A DNA stretch of 64,000 nucleotides. It comes from Chara braunii. Taxonomy: Eukaryota > Plantae > Charophyceae. Numbering within the stretch: position 1 is the first letter of the stretch; every line of letters begins with the position of its first letter. Position numbers and translations under genes: made by a program. Of the stretch, positions 12,852 through 26,481 are shown piece by piece. The DNA is taken from the NCBI GenBank assembly GCA_003427395.1, contig BFEA01000038.1:3750869-3814868 (forward strand), read 5' to 3'. Below the pieces are notes generated by a model. It was not told where the DNA came from, ran no database searches, and saw nothing but the letters and a program-made list of their open reading frames with translations.

Positions 12852-14014
12852 ACGCACACTCCACAGCCTTTAGAGCTTCTCACAAAGCGAAAACTATGGG
12901 GATGCATTCTCCCATGTACAGGGCGAAAATACATTCTCATTTTCCACATTTGGTGAGGAGTAGCAACGCCCAACAACGACCACTCCCGAGACTCCTGGCA
13001 GATTGTCATCATTGCAGGACCCTTTTACACAGTTTTCAGAATTCCTAAAAAAAGCTTCGAAAAGCTTTGAAATGGCGTGGCACCGTGCCAATCGCTGCCG
13101 CACTGTGCTGCAAGGGTGTAGGAATCAAAACCAAACTCGTGTTAATGGGACTTGGCCCCAGGAATCCCCCACATTGGCCCACAAACAACCCAGCTTAGAT
13201 GGAGAGACCGGGGGCCAAGTCCCACTTACGCTGATTCTTCATTTTGGGCCGTTGATCTTCCGAATCTACTGTCAGAAGTTGAGATTTCAGGTAAGTGGGA
13301 CTTGTTCCCGGGAACAGTTCTAGGAGCAGAAATAGTCAATTATTGGCTGCTGTCCTGAAATCCCTACCCCTGGGAATAGAATCATGCCTCAGGCCTGCCA
13401 AGCCAAAAACAACCCAAGACAAAAGACGCCGGATTCTTTCGGGATCCCCCTCGGAGCAAAATGGCACCTAAAAAACGAATATGAACAGGAAAGAAAAGGA
13501 CTTCAGTAGTAAAGATTCGCCAAGCCTTGGTTTTCTGAGCGTCACGTCATCTCCGCTCTGCATGCATGGCCAGCCGACGTGGCCTCACCCTAGCCATGAC
13601 CCCCAAATGACTTTGCCAGCCCTCAAAAGTCCTTTCTGCCTCTCGGGCACTGTCAAAAAGTGCCTTCTCTGCCTGTCGCGAGCGTATCTGCCTCTCACGA
13701 AATGAAGAAAGAAAAAAAAAGTTGCAGAAAACAAATGCAAGAAATCCCGGATGTGCCGACGTAGTCGGCCTTACATGAAACCTAAAGCGCAGGCCAGTCG
13801 ACGTGGATTCCACAAACACCGCAAAGACGCCGCAAAGAAGTCAGATCAGTTCTTTCTTTTTTTTTTTTTTTTTCTTAAGAGCAGGTCTTTCGCTTTTCTG
13901 CCACGTGTCTTCTTCCCCCCCCCCCCCCCTTGTTTCTGTCGCATGTCTTCTTTTTTCTCCTTTCAGAAAACTCGCGTGTCTTTTGTCTTCCGTGCCCCTT
14001 TTTCCTGTTTTCCT

Positions 14015-14357
14015 TTTATCATCTGAACACATCTATGACATGGGTGTACCACTCAGGCGCAGGATAATTGGATTCCTTGTTTTTTACCCCAAAAAAAAAA
14101 GAAAAAAGAAAAAAGAAAAGTGCACCATTCATCCACATGGGCTGCGTTTGAGCTCTTTTTCTTTTGCATCCCTAGCCTGAGAGGCAAGGACCACAGATAA
14201 TGAATTTATCATCTGAACACATCTATGACATGGGTGTACCACTCCGGCTCACGATAATTGGATTCCTTGTTTTTTTTCCCAAAAAAAAAAAGAAAAGAAA
14301 AGTGTACCATGAGCTCTTTTCCGTTGCATCCCTAGCCTGAGAGGCAAGGACCACAGA
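14015..14357. repeat. Tandem duplication, ~190-bp period
   Basis: TTTATCATCTGAACACATCTATGACATGGGTGTACCACTC...CCTAGCCTGAGAGGCAAGGACCACAGA at 14015-14197 and 14205-14357. Confidence 0.9.
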
Positions 14358-15012
14358 CAATGGCGTTCTAAGGCCAGTATCTCGTACTTCCTTCGATTGG
14401 GATCTCCGACTTGGCCTTCATCACCGTTACTCTCCACGCACTTCCCGTCGAGATAGACGTAATGTTGTGAGCAGTTGAAAACCGCTTCGCGTTGTTGCTT
14501 TGTTTCCCATTTATCCCATGCAAGTGGGAGTCTGTGGGACCTTGCCCCTTGCCACTGCTGAATAGTTGGAACTGGGTGAGGCATCAACGAACAAATCATC
14601 AGCAAAAAGAAACTGGGGCAAAAACACATCAACTTTTCAGAAAACCCGAAGTTTTAGAAACATTTGAAGTTGGATAAGGTGGGATGGGAATCCCCCGAGT
14701 GCCAGGCATGCTCATGATGAATGAGTACAAGCTGGCTTTTTGGGTCCCGTTCAGTCATGATTGATGAGGGTGTGGACTGCGTTGGGGGAAAAGGGTAGTG
14801 AAGGGCAATACACGTAGGTAAAGAGATGCCTATTGATGCAATCATATGTCCTCAAATACAAAATTAAAAACGAAGCGAATGTGCGATCTGTTCTGCTACC
14901 GGTCGACAAGCGGAAGGAACAGAATCATTGATCACGTGGGCTCACAGCAGAAGTGGGGCAGATACTCCACACTGGAGGGAGGGCAACTGGTAAACCGTTA
15001 GGGGGGATAGGC

Positions 15013-15035
15013 ACACACACACACACACACACACA

Positions 15036-15087
<52 letters not shown>

Positions 15088-15137
15088 NNNNNNNNNNNNN
15101 NNNNNNNNNNNNNNNNNNNNNNNNNNGAGAGAGAGAG
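15013..15137. repeat. (CA)n / gap / (GA)n
   Basis: Direct reading; N gap 15088-15126. Confidence 0.95.
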
Positions 15138-17253
15138 TAGGCGAAGTTGAAAGAGGACGAGGAGACGAGGGAGAATTGCACGGTGTAGAAGTTTAGGAGG
15201 AGTGATGAGAGAAGTACATTATGTAGATGGGAGCACCCTCGTCGTCGTCGTCGGAGGAGGAGGAGGGAACTCGGGGGAGGAGGCGGACGAGGAGGAGAAT
15301 GCAGGAGGGAAGGGGGACGAAGGACGAAGAGGAGGACCAGGGTAGGGAGGACCGGAGTAATATCACGAAAAGGTGGAGGAGGAAGAAGAGGAGGGAGAAA
15401 GGGAGCTAGCTCAACGGTAGGAGAGGAAAAAGGGAGAGGAGAAGACTGTCGGAGGTTGAAGAGGAGATCAGGCAGCCTGACAAGGACGTGTTCAAAGAGC
15501 AGGGCTTGGCTCAGCAGAAGGAGGAGGGACGTCTAGGCGGAGTAGGCACAAGATATGCAGAAGCCGAAGCAGGAGGACGAAGAGGGGCGACCGGCCGTTG
15601 CCGGCCTGCAACAGATGGGAAGATAAAGCTGTGACCTTTTTAGACGCCGCTGGAGATAGGTGCACGGATCTTCCCACGTGATCCAAATGTTCCAGACGCC
15701 GCTGGAGATACGTTCACGGATAAAACATTGCTGGCAGCTCAAAGGCACGTCCTTTTCCTCTTTTCTCCAGGGGGCACGGTGAAGTTGGCGTGGACTCCGA
15801 GACCTTCGTCGATTTGTAAACTTTTCATCCTTGCAAAAGCGCGGTGGTCATCATCTTTCTTTCTCTCTTTCTTTTTTCACATTTTTAGCCCCTTTTTCCT
15901 CGGTCATCTTCTCTCTATCGTTCCCATTCGAATGGACGTCCTGAGGACACTGGGACATGCTGTTAATAGTATAGTCATACAGTGGCAGCGACTCGTCTTA
16001 TCCACGTGCACAAGTTCTGTCTCTGTGTTTTTTTTTTGTTTTTTTTTAAGTAATCTATATTCTTCTCTCAATCTATTTCATTTTTCTTGGTAGTACGCAT
16101 CTATCTCATCCTCTCCCTAGTCTATTTATAGTAAGGGGGAACACCAACCAACCCGGATCTCTCGCCAGCCCACGGGGTAGGTTTGCACCACAGCTGTGGA
16201 GCGAGAGCAAGGCTGTACCAGTCCCTCGTCACGGTGACGAGGGGTGGGCAGGCATTGCCGATGGGGGAAATCGGCGGTGCTAGCGCCGAGCAATGGCCAG
16301 TCACTGCACCTCCCCCTACCCCCCCCCAACCCCACATGGCGGTGTCTAATGGCCAATATTGTTGCTGCATAGCAGCCAACAACATCAGCCAAGGTTCTGC
16401 CAATGCTGGCTCATTACCTCTCTTTTTTGCTATCTAATCGTCATCAAGAAAGAGCTCTGCTGGGTTGCTTGTGGAGCGATTTGATGCCTCCCCCTTTTGT
16501 GGCAATAAAATGAGCAGAGCCTTTTTTGTAAAAAAAAGAAAGAAAGAAAGAACTGCTTCTGATCTTGATTGACGGCCTACTCACCCAATGACTTTCTCTA
16601 CTAAGGGCATCACCACGCCACTCTCGAAATGTGAAAAATGACAATGAACTTCCCGCTAGAACATGACCAGATGCACCCGCCACATTTCTGTCTTTTTCAC
16701 ATTTCGAGAGTTGTGGCGACGCCCTAAGCTGTGGACGTGAAAACGGTCAGATTCGTCCCAGTCTGGCTCTAATTGAAGTCAGATATATTTAGAAAGTGCT
16801 TTGTGTGGGTACCACAGCCTCCCTTTCGACAGTTTTCCCCCGGTTCGGCACACCGCACAGTGGAATGACGAGCTCACAAATGCAAGTAGAGAAGAGACAG
16901 ACGCTCCTGAGTATAGGACAAGTATTCGTGGGTCCTAACCTCCGTCCCACGAAGTCGGAGGAGAAGGTCATAGCTCTCACTCACCGAAGTAGGAGAAGAA
17001 GACACCGAAGTCGGAGGCTCGGTGGGGGGCTGTTGAAAATGTGGACGTTGCAGGCTGGGTATGCAGCCTCCTTGGAAAAGCGGTGTGCGACCCCTTCCTA
17101 TGACTACTCGGATTTCAACGTGCTGTGCGGCGAAGGCAAACTGTAGAACATTCTTTTTTCGAGAGTGGTGTGGCCAGCCCCTATGCCCTGATATGACTCC
17201 AAGGGGACAAAGGGAAGAAAAGAAAAGAAGATATGACTTCTAATAGGGCCACT

Positions 17254-17388
17254 ATTCGGAGGTCGGGCCCGACGACGATTGCCATTGATAAATCTGATCG
17301 GCGGCAGGCATTTCGTTTTGGCCTCTGAAGAGGTCCGACGCCTACCCGAGGCCCGCTATTTCCCACGCGGCAAAGGTACTAGAGGTTT
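17254..17388. mobile_element. End of a TTAA-family TIR element related to 711-887
   Basis: Reverse-complement match to 735-835; ends AAAGGTACTAGAGG; the terminal ~28 bp recur at 17451-17480. Confidence 0.65.
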
Positions 17389-17479
17389 TGCTTTCGAAAA
17401 AAAAAAAAAAAAGGGATAGTATTCAGGAGTTTGGGAAAACTGCCAGTTTTCCCTATTTTCCCACGCGGGAAAGGTACTA

Positions 17480-19830
17480 CAAAATCAATGGGACGGGGCC
17501 GGGGACCTCACAATTCTACCTGGAGTTATCCTGGCAGCATCAGCCAGTTTGGCTTACAAGCATAGCTCAATGCCTGACAACTGAAAACAATCCACTGCTT
17601 AAGCCAGCTGGAAACCGGGTCCAGCGTCCCATACTAAAAAACATTCCAAGCTTAAAAAACATTCCAAGCTTAAACTTTGAAGCGCGTTCAAATCTCCTAG
17701 AAGCCAATACGGAGGGAAGCACAGGCGTATTTTACCCCAATGATCCCCAATCTTTGTCTTGTATTGGATTAGGGCTGTGACTCTCTCAGCTTGCGGATGA
17801 TCAGACTCCGTCCTCCATTCCAATAAGGCCGGCTCTATACTGAAGTCTTCTGCCTTGCCCAGCAGGACCACTTGCTTTTCAGATTGTTGCGTACGAACCT
17901 CTGTCAGTGACAGGCCTGTTATAGAATGAACATTCTTAACTTGTTGGAATGTCAGTTGGTTATCCTTACTGTTACGTATTCTCCATTCTTCCACTCTCCA
18001 ACCTGCTCCCAGCTCCGGCCCCATCACCTTAAGAATCAGGCTAGGATCCTCATTTGAGTCTAACCACGTACCCGGGCTGTGCCCCGCTTCTGCCTTAAGT
18101 ACAAAAGTCCAGAAAGTTGTGAGAGCCGCGTTGTCTATAACATGTCTGAGTATGGGTAGTCTCTGCTTCAGATCTTCACCCGAGATCCAATCGTCCTTAT
18201 CTTCGTCCCATATATGTTTCACCTGCAGTACTCCCTTCTCTACCCAGGGATTGGCAGGGAGTAAACGGCTTGAAGGCATGAAGGGGCAGCAGTCTCCCCA
18301 GCCTGACTGGATAGCACAGTGGAAAGCACTTAAAAGGCTTCCTGGGCAAAGATTGCAAGTCTTTTATGGATGCAGTCCTTGCAGGTAACACCGTCTGCAG
18401 TGTGGTTAGCCTCAAAAGGAATGGACCTGCCTATCACATGTGCGCGACGCCAATGTGGTTGGGAATCCACTGCCCATTTATGGGTTCACTGCCCACTGGC
18501 GGATGAAATCTGGCAGTGGTGGGGCAAGCTTTGAAAGGACCTGGTAGGGGAGGAATTCCCATGGACTGAGGACAGGATCTTATACGGAACCCTCCCGGGA
18601 CCAGGATTCAATCCGTCAGTGGGATGAGGATATGTAGCACTGCTCTGCAAAGGAATTGTGGTGCAGGAAATATGGCAGGCCCGTAATGCATTTGTCTTCA
18701 GAAAGGAGAACATTTGTCTGCACCAGCAACACCATCAGGCTAGAAAGAACATCAGATTATCCATCCTGGCGGACTGGAAACGCTGCAGGGATCACCAGGG
18801 GAGATGTCGGCTCTGCTTCCAGAAAACTTGGCCACAGGAGAACTTGGCGTTTTTGGATGTGAAAGGGCAGCTGGTGGTTTGTCGTTGGTTGAGTCCTCGG
18901 TAAAATCTGCTGACGACTGGTCAAGGTTAGACCAGACATAGGCAGTATAGAGTATTTTTGGGGCAGTGGTCAGTGGATATGCAGTACCGCCAGTTTGACA
19001 GTTTGATAGTTTTTCTGATCTTAAAGTTGGAATTTTCTGAAAGCTACCTACCAGTAACTCAGAGAATGGGACGCTGGACCCGGTTTCCAGTTTGGTTTTG
19101 AGCCTAATCTGGGTAATGGCCCCAGGATTTCCGGGTAGAATTGTGAGGTCCCCGACCTCTTTCTGTATTTGGTAATGAAATATTTCCAAGCTTTTCAACA
19201 AAAAAAAAGAAAAAAAAAAAGATCTTTGAAGCGCAGGAGAAAAGGGGCTCTCTGAGCCCAAGCTCTTCGAGCATTGTATAGGTGGATGAAACCACAGCCA
19301 ATTACCTTACTTATTACCAACGGTGGTCATAGCAGCCAAATCCCTGAAGAACATGACGTCCCATGGTCGAGCTATCCAGCCTAACACAGTTTGGGGACCG
19401 CTCTAATTGTGTAACCATTTTGAGACTACTAAATTGCCTTCTGGGTTAATCGCAGCCACCTGGCTACCAGAAGAGCAGGTTTTGAGAAACCAAATTCGTC
19501 CTTTGCCTTGTGGGCTAGAGCGATGCCTCCAGTCTGAAAGTAAGGACATTCTTATGTCCAATCGAATCTGCTGTATTTGCTTGTGTATGGAAACTTTCTC
19601 TCCTCGGAAGATGACACTGTTTCTTGCCTGCCAGATCGTCTGCATGATAATCGAGAAATACCTGCCTTAGAGCCTTTCAGTAGCAAAGAAGGTGAAGGAA
19701 GGAAGAGGGATCTGGATACAGTAGTAAATGCAAAGGGCCCTTTTGTCTTTTGGAAGAACATTCAGATCGAGAAATACCTGCCTTAGAGCCTTTCAGTAGC
19801 CCACCCCTACCTGCCTCAAGAAAATCACCA
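17480..19830 (-). mobile_element. L1/Tx1-like LINE 3' remnant, interrupted by the insertion at 17686-19223
   Basis: ORF2 C-terminus MQTIWQARNSVIFRGEK...LLSDWR (19403-19645). The 3' UTR resumes at 17685-17480 with both conserved tail motifs. Confidence 0.75.
17686..19223 (+). mobile_element. 5'-truncated, 5'-inverted L1/Tx1-like LINE
   Basis: Plus strand ~18290-18903 encodes a zf-RVT region (WKALKRLP...ESTAHLWVHCPLADEIWQWW...EIWQARNAFVF), then UTR and poly(A) ~19197-19220. Minus strand ~18280-17690 encodes the upstream linker (WVEKGVLQVKHIWD...YKTKIG). CTTTGAAGCGC flanks both sides (17675-17685, 19224-19234). Confidence 0.8.
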
Positions 19831-21529
19831 AACGAAAAAGAGTAAAATACTTTACCCACTAGGGCCACCACCAAAAAAGCAAAACAATCTACCCACTACC
19901 TCTCAAGAAGGACGAAGTGGAAAAGCATGCACAATTCATATGACAGTCTAGGTGGAATACCTGCAATAACTCGGCTCAAATCTGCATAAGTTGTGGGCTC
20001 TAGGTCGTCGCTTCTGGTCAAAGGCCCGAAACAGGAGTCAAAAGTCACGCCCTATGTTTGAGAAAAGCCTGGGCAAAGTCCTAAGGCCAAGGGGTACCCA
20101 GGGCTAGGCGAAAAACAGCAGTCAGAGGCCCTACGAGCGGCCATTGACTTTAGGAAAGTCAACGGTCAACCCCAGCACGGGATTCCAGGCCCAAAGGTCA
20201 AAGTCAATCCGCTAGTCAGCCATTGTCGTTGATCAGATGCACATCATTGGTTGTCTGCAGGTATCTAGAAGAATCCGGTCCAAGTGGGACACGTGGGAAA
20301 TCTGCAACTGCGCAGCATCCAGGCCATTGGCGTCAAATTGATCTGGGTCATCGTGAGTCAACGCTATAAAGTTAACCCAGCCCCTGCTTGGTGATCATTC
20401 TGCCTTGAGCTGGCTCGATGCTGGTATGTAACGCAAGGCTGCTGGGCAGCTGGAGCAGTATGCTGGTGCCAGATACTGGTAGTGGGCGCCTGCCTTGAGG
20501 GAGATTATGTAGTTGCAGCCATAACAGCGTAGATCTAGACCTTGATAGGAGTGTGGGCGAGGAGGAGGAGGTTCTGGACTGTGAGATTGGTGTGTGTGAT
20601 GAGGGGAAGCTTACCTGGACTTACATGTGACGTCATGTGTGATACGCTGGCCGTCTCCAAGAATCAGATCTGCGCCATCCTCCCTGCTGCTGACGTGGAT
20701 GGAGGATGGGCGCGGCCCTGTTGTGCCCTTTTTTTTTTTTTTTTTTTTTNNNNNNNNNNNNNNNNNNNNNNNNNNNNNNNNNNNNNNNNNNNNNNNNNNN
20801 NNNNNNNNNNNNNNNNNNNNNNNNNNNNNNNNNNNNNNNNNNNNNNNNNNNNNNNNNNNNNNNNNNNNNNNNNNNNNNNNNNNNNNNNNNNNNNNNNNNN
20901 NNNNNNNNNNNNNNNNNNNNNNNNNNNNNNNNNNNNNNNNNNNNNNNNNNNNNNNNNNNNNNNNNNNNNNNNNNNNNNNNNNNNNNNNNNNNNNNNNNNN
21001 NNNNNNNNNNNNNNNNNNNNNNNNNNNNNNNNNNNNNNNNNNNNNNNNNNNNNNNNNNNNNNNNNNNNNNNNNNNNNNNNNNNNNNNNNNNNNNNNNNNN
21101 NNNNNNNNNNNNNNNNNNNNNNNNNNNNNNNNNNNNNNNNNNNNNNNNNNNNNNNNNNNNNNNNNNNNNNNNNNNNNNNNNNNNNNNNNNNNNNNNNNNN
21201 NNNNNNNNNNNNNNNNNNNNNNNNNNNNNNNNNNNNNNNNNNNNNNNNNNNNNNNNNNNNNNNNNNNNNNNNNNNNNNNNNNNNNNNNNNNNNNNNNNNN
21301 NNNNNNNNNNNNNNNNNNNNNNNNNNNNNNNNNNNNNNNNNNNNNNNNNNNNNNNNNNNNNNNNNNNNNNNNNNNNNNNNNNCTTCCTTTCCTTTCTTTC
21401 CTTCAATCCCTCCCGTACCATTGGAGGTCTACAATGCAGTTCGAAGGGGGTGGGAAGGGGTCGGGGAACTCTTGGGCGGGTTTCATCGGGATCGCTGTGT
21501 CTACGTNTGTCCAGTCGTTGAATAGCAGC

Positions 21530-23160
21530 CGGTAATTCCTTTNTAAACCCTCCCCCTCCTTTTGTCCTCCTTTCCATTCCACTCTTCCTACCCTTCCCCC
21601 TTTGTCCCCTCCCAGCCAGCTCGAACTGAAGTTCTGTATTTTTTGCTGCATTTCATGTCTTGTGCATAAAGTTTGTAGCTGGGTTTTAACTGCCTCCCAC
21701 TTTGCTGTGATTTCTGTTTGGATGTGTTGTTGAATACTGTCCGTGAAATCTGAGCCATCCAATCTTACTGTTTCCATCTCGTAGGTGCAACGCCGTCTCC
21801 AGAGCGCCCAAGGGATTGCCCGACGTCCTAACTTGAACATGTTGATGGTGAAGTCGTCTAGCCCCTCTTCTGCCCAAGTTTCGCACAGCAGGGCCTTCCA
21901 GTCCCACGGCCATAGGGATCGCGTTCCTAGTCGGTCCCAAATTCGGTCCCACCATCTCCATAGCCAGATTGCGCCTGGGTACTGGAGAAATACTTGTTCA
22001 ATAGTCTCGGGCCTTTTCCGGGACGGGAAGGCCTCCGCGCACCAACAGAAAAATTCCCACGAGAAATGAAAGTTAAAAAAACATTCCATTAAAAAAAAAT
22101 CCTTCATATTTATAAATTATCATTCCAATGTTCGTCCAATTCTAAAATTTTCAGTTTTATTTAATAAGATCCCGTCTAAATATGAGATTTCCCTTCCAAC
22201 TACATCTATTTGTTCAAGATGGAATGAAAGTCTGGACGAGTTTATGAAATGTTTTAATTACACTTTCATTCTACTACAAGAAATATCTTTTAATTTAGAT
22301 TGGATTAACCTATTTATGACTGAAAATTCTTACTTAGAATGACAGTCCAATTAAAATATTTCATGAACTCGTCCACACTTTCATTCCATCTCTAGCATGC
22401 AGTTCAAATAAGAAGGGATACCCCATTGTTGGAAGAAAAGTTTTTAAGTAAGACGAAAAATTTTAAAATTCGAATGACATTTTTAAAGATGGAATGAAAA
22501 TTTTAAATTTAGAATGTAATTTCACTATAGAATGATTATTTAATTCTAGGAAATTTTTTCGTTGACAGTCTGCACCAGGGCAGGGCCCTCCCCATTTGCT
22601 CGAGACGGGTTCTGTCTATGAGCCAGTCGTTTGTCGGAAGGCAACGGTGCTTTATTTGTCATTCTAACGAGGCAACTTTTGCAGGTTTTACTTTAGCCAA
22701 GTTGAACCATTTAATTCCTTTCAGATTGGTTTTGCTTACGTTGAGGTGTCTCATCCAGCGCTCCTCCAACCGGTTCCGTAGGTTGGTGATTTGTTGTTGC
22801 CTCCTCCCATTCTGTTGTCTGAATCTCATTGTTTTGGTTCACCTGATAGAGGTTCATTTTCACTGTACCGTCAGTATTCTGTTGCACTATTTTTCCAACA
22901 GTACCTGTACGATCCTTGATGGTCACTCAATCTTTTGGCTCATGAGACATTTTTCTCTTTCTTGGCCGACACAGGTCAGACATTTTTCTTTCTTGGCCAA
23001 CACAGGTCAAACATTTTGCTGTTTTTTTGGTCGACTCAAAACCAGACATTGTTGCATAGATTAGGCTTGAGGCTTAGTCTGCATTGCATCTCTTTTCTTG
23101 CATGGAGTTTGCTCCGCATCTAGGATTGTTTCCTTTGCCGTTACTTTTGGGTTTTCGCTA
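21530..23160 (-). mobile_element. L1-like LINE ORF2 C-terminal remnant (zf-RVT) split by a MITE
   Basis: HRCLPTNDWL...PCPGAD | MITE | CAEAFPSRKRPETIEQVFLQYPGAIWLWRWW...WALWRRR. Confidence 0.8.
22043..22564 (+). mobile_element. AT-rich MITE, CAAC..GTTG termini, 2-bp TSD AC
   Basis: ac-CAACAGAAAAATTCC ... GGAAATTTTTTCGTTG-ac; three more copies in the window. Confidence 0.92.
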
Positions 23161-23190
23161 TTTCAGCGGATAGCGTGTTTGATGTATCGC

Positions 23191-23750
23191 TTGATCCATT
23201 CACAGGTCCGAGGATCGTGTAGAGGTACCCCTACGGCCCGACAGTGAGGCCGGACCAGTTTCAGGCCGTCGGCCTGACCCTAGCTCAGTACCACGTTGAT
23301 TCCCCGTACCTAGACCTAGGCCGGTACATCACTTCGGCCTAGACCCAGGTCCAGCCAATGGGTTCATTCATTCAGTTGTTGGTTCTTTTATTGGGCTGGA
23401 TTGGACATTCACTCAGTTGATGCTTCTCCTGTGTGTCCATCTCCTCTCTCTCTCTCTCTCACCATCTCCGCACTCACACACGCAGTGAAGGCAGCCACGA
23501 CCAGGATCCGAACTCACCCGGGTGCACATCGGTGAGGGAGAAGAGCACGCCACAGTCGCAGCCTACCCTTTTCCCCCAAACACAATGCACCCGTATTTTG
23601 GCTGTATCTGGCCGGAAATAAAGCTTGTACACATTCAAGGTGCAAAAGCAGACCAAGCCAGCTACGAGCTCTACCACCAAGGATAACATCATGACGGAAC
23701 GGGGGATCGACACTTCCTTGGGGTAACAACAACTATGGTCGCGAACACAG
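23191..23750 (+). mobile_element. Possible solo-LTR-like segment
   Basis: Start TGATCCATTCACAGGTCCGA resembles the reverse complement of the end at 45067. No TSD found. Confidence 0.3.
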
Positions 23751-23849
23751 CCCCTGGTTTATTGCTCACCAAGTGTGCAGAACAGGAATGGATCTTCCCT
23801 TAGAACAGCGGAAGGTACATTGTCATAGATTAGGGGGAAAACACAACCA

Positions 23850-24130
23850 GGAAGATCGTCCTCCTGATCCGCCGCCCAGTTAAGCATTTCTAGTTTTGAG
23901 TTGGGGGAAATCCAGATTGTCACCCCTCCACTGCCCGGCTTGGGAGCATGGGCCCTGTAGGCTTGATACGGCCAGATCTCCTTATGTATGTAGTTGTGTT
24001 CCAGGCTATCCATGGGGTGGGTCTCCAGCAGGCACACGACATCCGGCCAATCCCTCCCCTCGATTCCTTTGAGTTGGTCGACTATAGCCTGTCGACTGCG
24101 ATCATGAGGATGAACGACCATCACATGCAA
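23850..24130 (-). mobile_element. LINE ORF2 N-terminal APE endonuclease fragment
   Basis: PDVVCLLETH and GSGGVTIWIS motifs; truncated, with no RT domain following. Confidence 0.85.
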
Positions 24131-26481
24131 GTAAGTGTTCCTCTTCCTCTCATCACTGTTGCCGCTTCCTTTCCTTAACGCACATAGACATCCCCTTCAT
24201 CCAGATCCCTCTTCCTTCCTTCACGTTCTCAACTACTTATTTTCCCCCTTATCCCAATGTTCAATCCCTTCGATCCTAGTCGCGACGTCCATGCTGCCTG
24301 CCCCCCCCACTAAGATGCGCGATCTTCACCCTGGTCTGGTTTATGCTTTACCCGACTGGAAAAACTTTCCAGGTAAGTGGCCAACAGAAGGGAAGAAGAA
24401 AGAGGGGGAGAAAAAGAAATCGCGCTAGCGTGGCTGTAGCACAATGACGCCCGTCACTTATCCAACACAGCGGATGAGAATGAATCTTTCGCTAAAACAT
24501 GGAGAGTTCCACCTTCATTCACCACGCCTCGAATCAATGTCCCCACTGTGAAATCCAACGCCACCGTTGGGTTTGTGCCATGCAAAGACCCCCACCCATG
24601 TCTTTCCTCATCAATCCCACCAAGAGTCAGGTGAGTTCCGCCTTCATAGCCTCCACCTCTCTTCCCCTCCCGACACCTCTTTTTCTTCTTCCTCACTGTA
24701 TGCTGCTCCTTTCGCCAATCTGACTTCACCAATCAACTCGCAGTGCCCGAAACCCCCAAAACAGCGTCCTCATTTTTCCAAAAATGGTCAAGAAACGACA
24801 GAGCACGCCGATTTTCATTCCCTCCTCGTAGCTTTTCTCAAACCTTTCGCGTAGCCCATACAGCTTATAACCACCAGCCAACCTGCTGCCCAAATCACAA
24901 ATCTGACACCATTCAGCTCGGAATTGTCCAAAACCCCCATTTAGCATCTTGGTTCCGCAAAATCAATCGAGAAACGACCAAGATATGCCAAGTCCCGCTC
25001 CCTGGCATATGCGCTTCTAGACGCCTCCGCGCACCCTCTACAGCTAGTACTAGCCAAACCACCACCCAAACACGAAATCTGGCTCCATAGATAAACTCGT
25101 CATAACCCAAACCCCCCTTTTCTCATCTTCGTTCGTCCGATTCCGTCAAGGATAAAGCGAGTATACACTTTCCGTTCGGAGCTTCCCCATTCTCATCTCT
25201 CCCCTTCGCCCTCGCCATTTCCGACCCCGCCCCTTGCTGACATCAACTTCAATCCCTGTCGGACCGTGTAATCTTCGATCATGACCTGAGAAAATATGAT
25301 CAACATGAGCCCGGCCACAAGGCCGGGCTTATTCTTAAAGCAGTTTGACCAGGGACAACAATCTACCCAAGACTTACCCGCGAGTACCGGACCTTCAGCA
25401 ATCTCACGGGACTGGCAGCAGCCCTGGTTCCATAGAAGCACTCAAGGGGGGGGGGGGAGGAAGGAAAAAAAAAAAAAAAAAAAAGTGGGAAGTTGGGAAC
25501 CTGGTCCCATTACTCTCAAGCCTCACGGGGCCGGTCTGGGGGGGCTGAAAATTGTATTAAGAACTAAGGGGGGATGGTCCCATGACACCCTCACTCCTTG
25601 GTTCCTCCCAACTCACGCTGCAGCAGAGTGACTTGTTGTCCACTCCCCCCCTGGGCCTATCAACCCTAAGTAAGGCTGCATCTTGGCCGCAGCCGCGGCC
25701 TCCGGAATCAGTTCACCGGCGTGAACCTTTCCCGAGTATCAGATTCTACCTGGTCCAAGCTCACCGCACCCACACCAAGGCCGCGCCTTGGCTGCGCAAC
25801 ATAGCGTCAACTACAAGCGAAGTTACTGACATCGAGCTTGATACAATTAAATTTTTGAAAGTCAATGTTTTCAACGCATGGCTAGAGTTTGAGCCTCCAC
25901 CGCATAAGGGCGAAAAGCTCGAAGTGCCTAAGCGAACCAGGCCACATGGGGATCGTAGCCCCGCGCCATGGCACCCGCCTCATGCCAACCGAGCTCGGCC
26001 CACATCAGTGGCTGGCCCGCTTGGCGCCTCTCAATAAAATATGGCGGACCGTCCGCCTTGTAACGGTCAAGTTCTAACCCATCGCCCATGTGCGGCACCG
26101 CAAGTGCCCTTGGCCTGACGATTGAGGGTACGCCGAACCACCCGCCGTGACAATTGCCGCAGTGCTGATTGGCATGAACTCAAGCGCGCTATGCGCGTGC
26201 ATCCGGTCTAACTAAATAAAACCCGTCCTCAGCCCGTGCTTTCGCGCGAGACCACCAACCATCCTGCTGACCTATACGGTCGACGACAATCCCCCTTATT
26301 AATCATGAATCGCAGTAACACGCGCCCATACATACAGTCTAGACTTGAACCTCACGTACCCTTGCCACTTCGATCATAGTGGCTCGACACCTGCCGCGTG
26401 AATTGGCGCGACACGATCATAGCTAGGGTAGTAGACACACTTCTTGCAGCCTGTAAAAACCACGACAGATACCCTTATAAG

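Noticed and set aside
12214-13012. Long ORFs with ER/LS/HT/CV runs here and at 36683-37395 and 62057-63994
   Set aside because: Translations of microsatellites.
20542-21577. ORFs of ~270-330 aa, and shorter ones at 26867-27591
   Set aside because: Open only because they cross N gaps.
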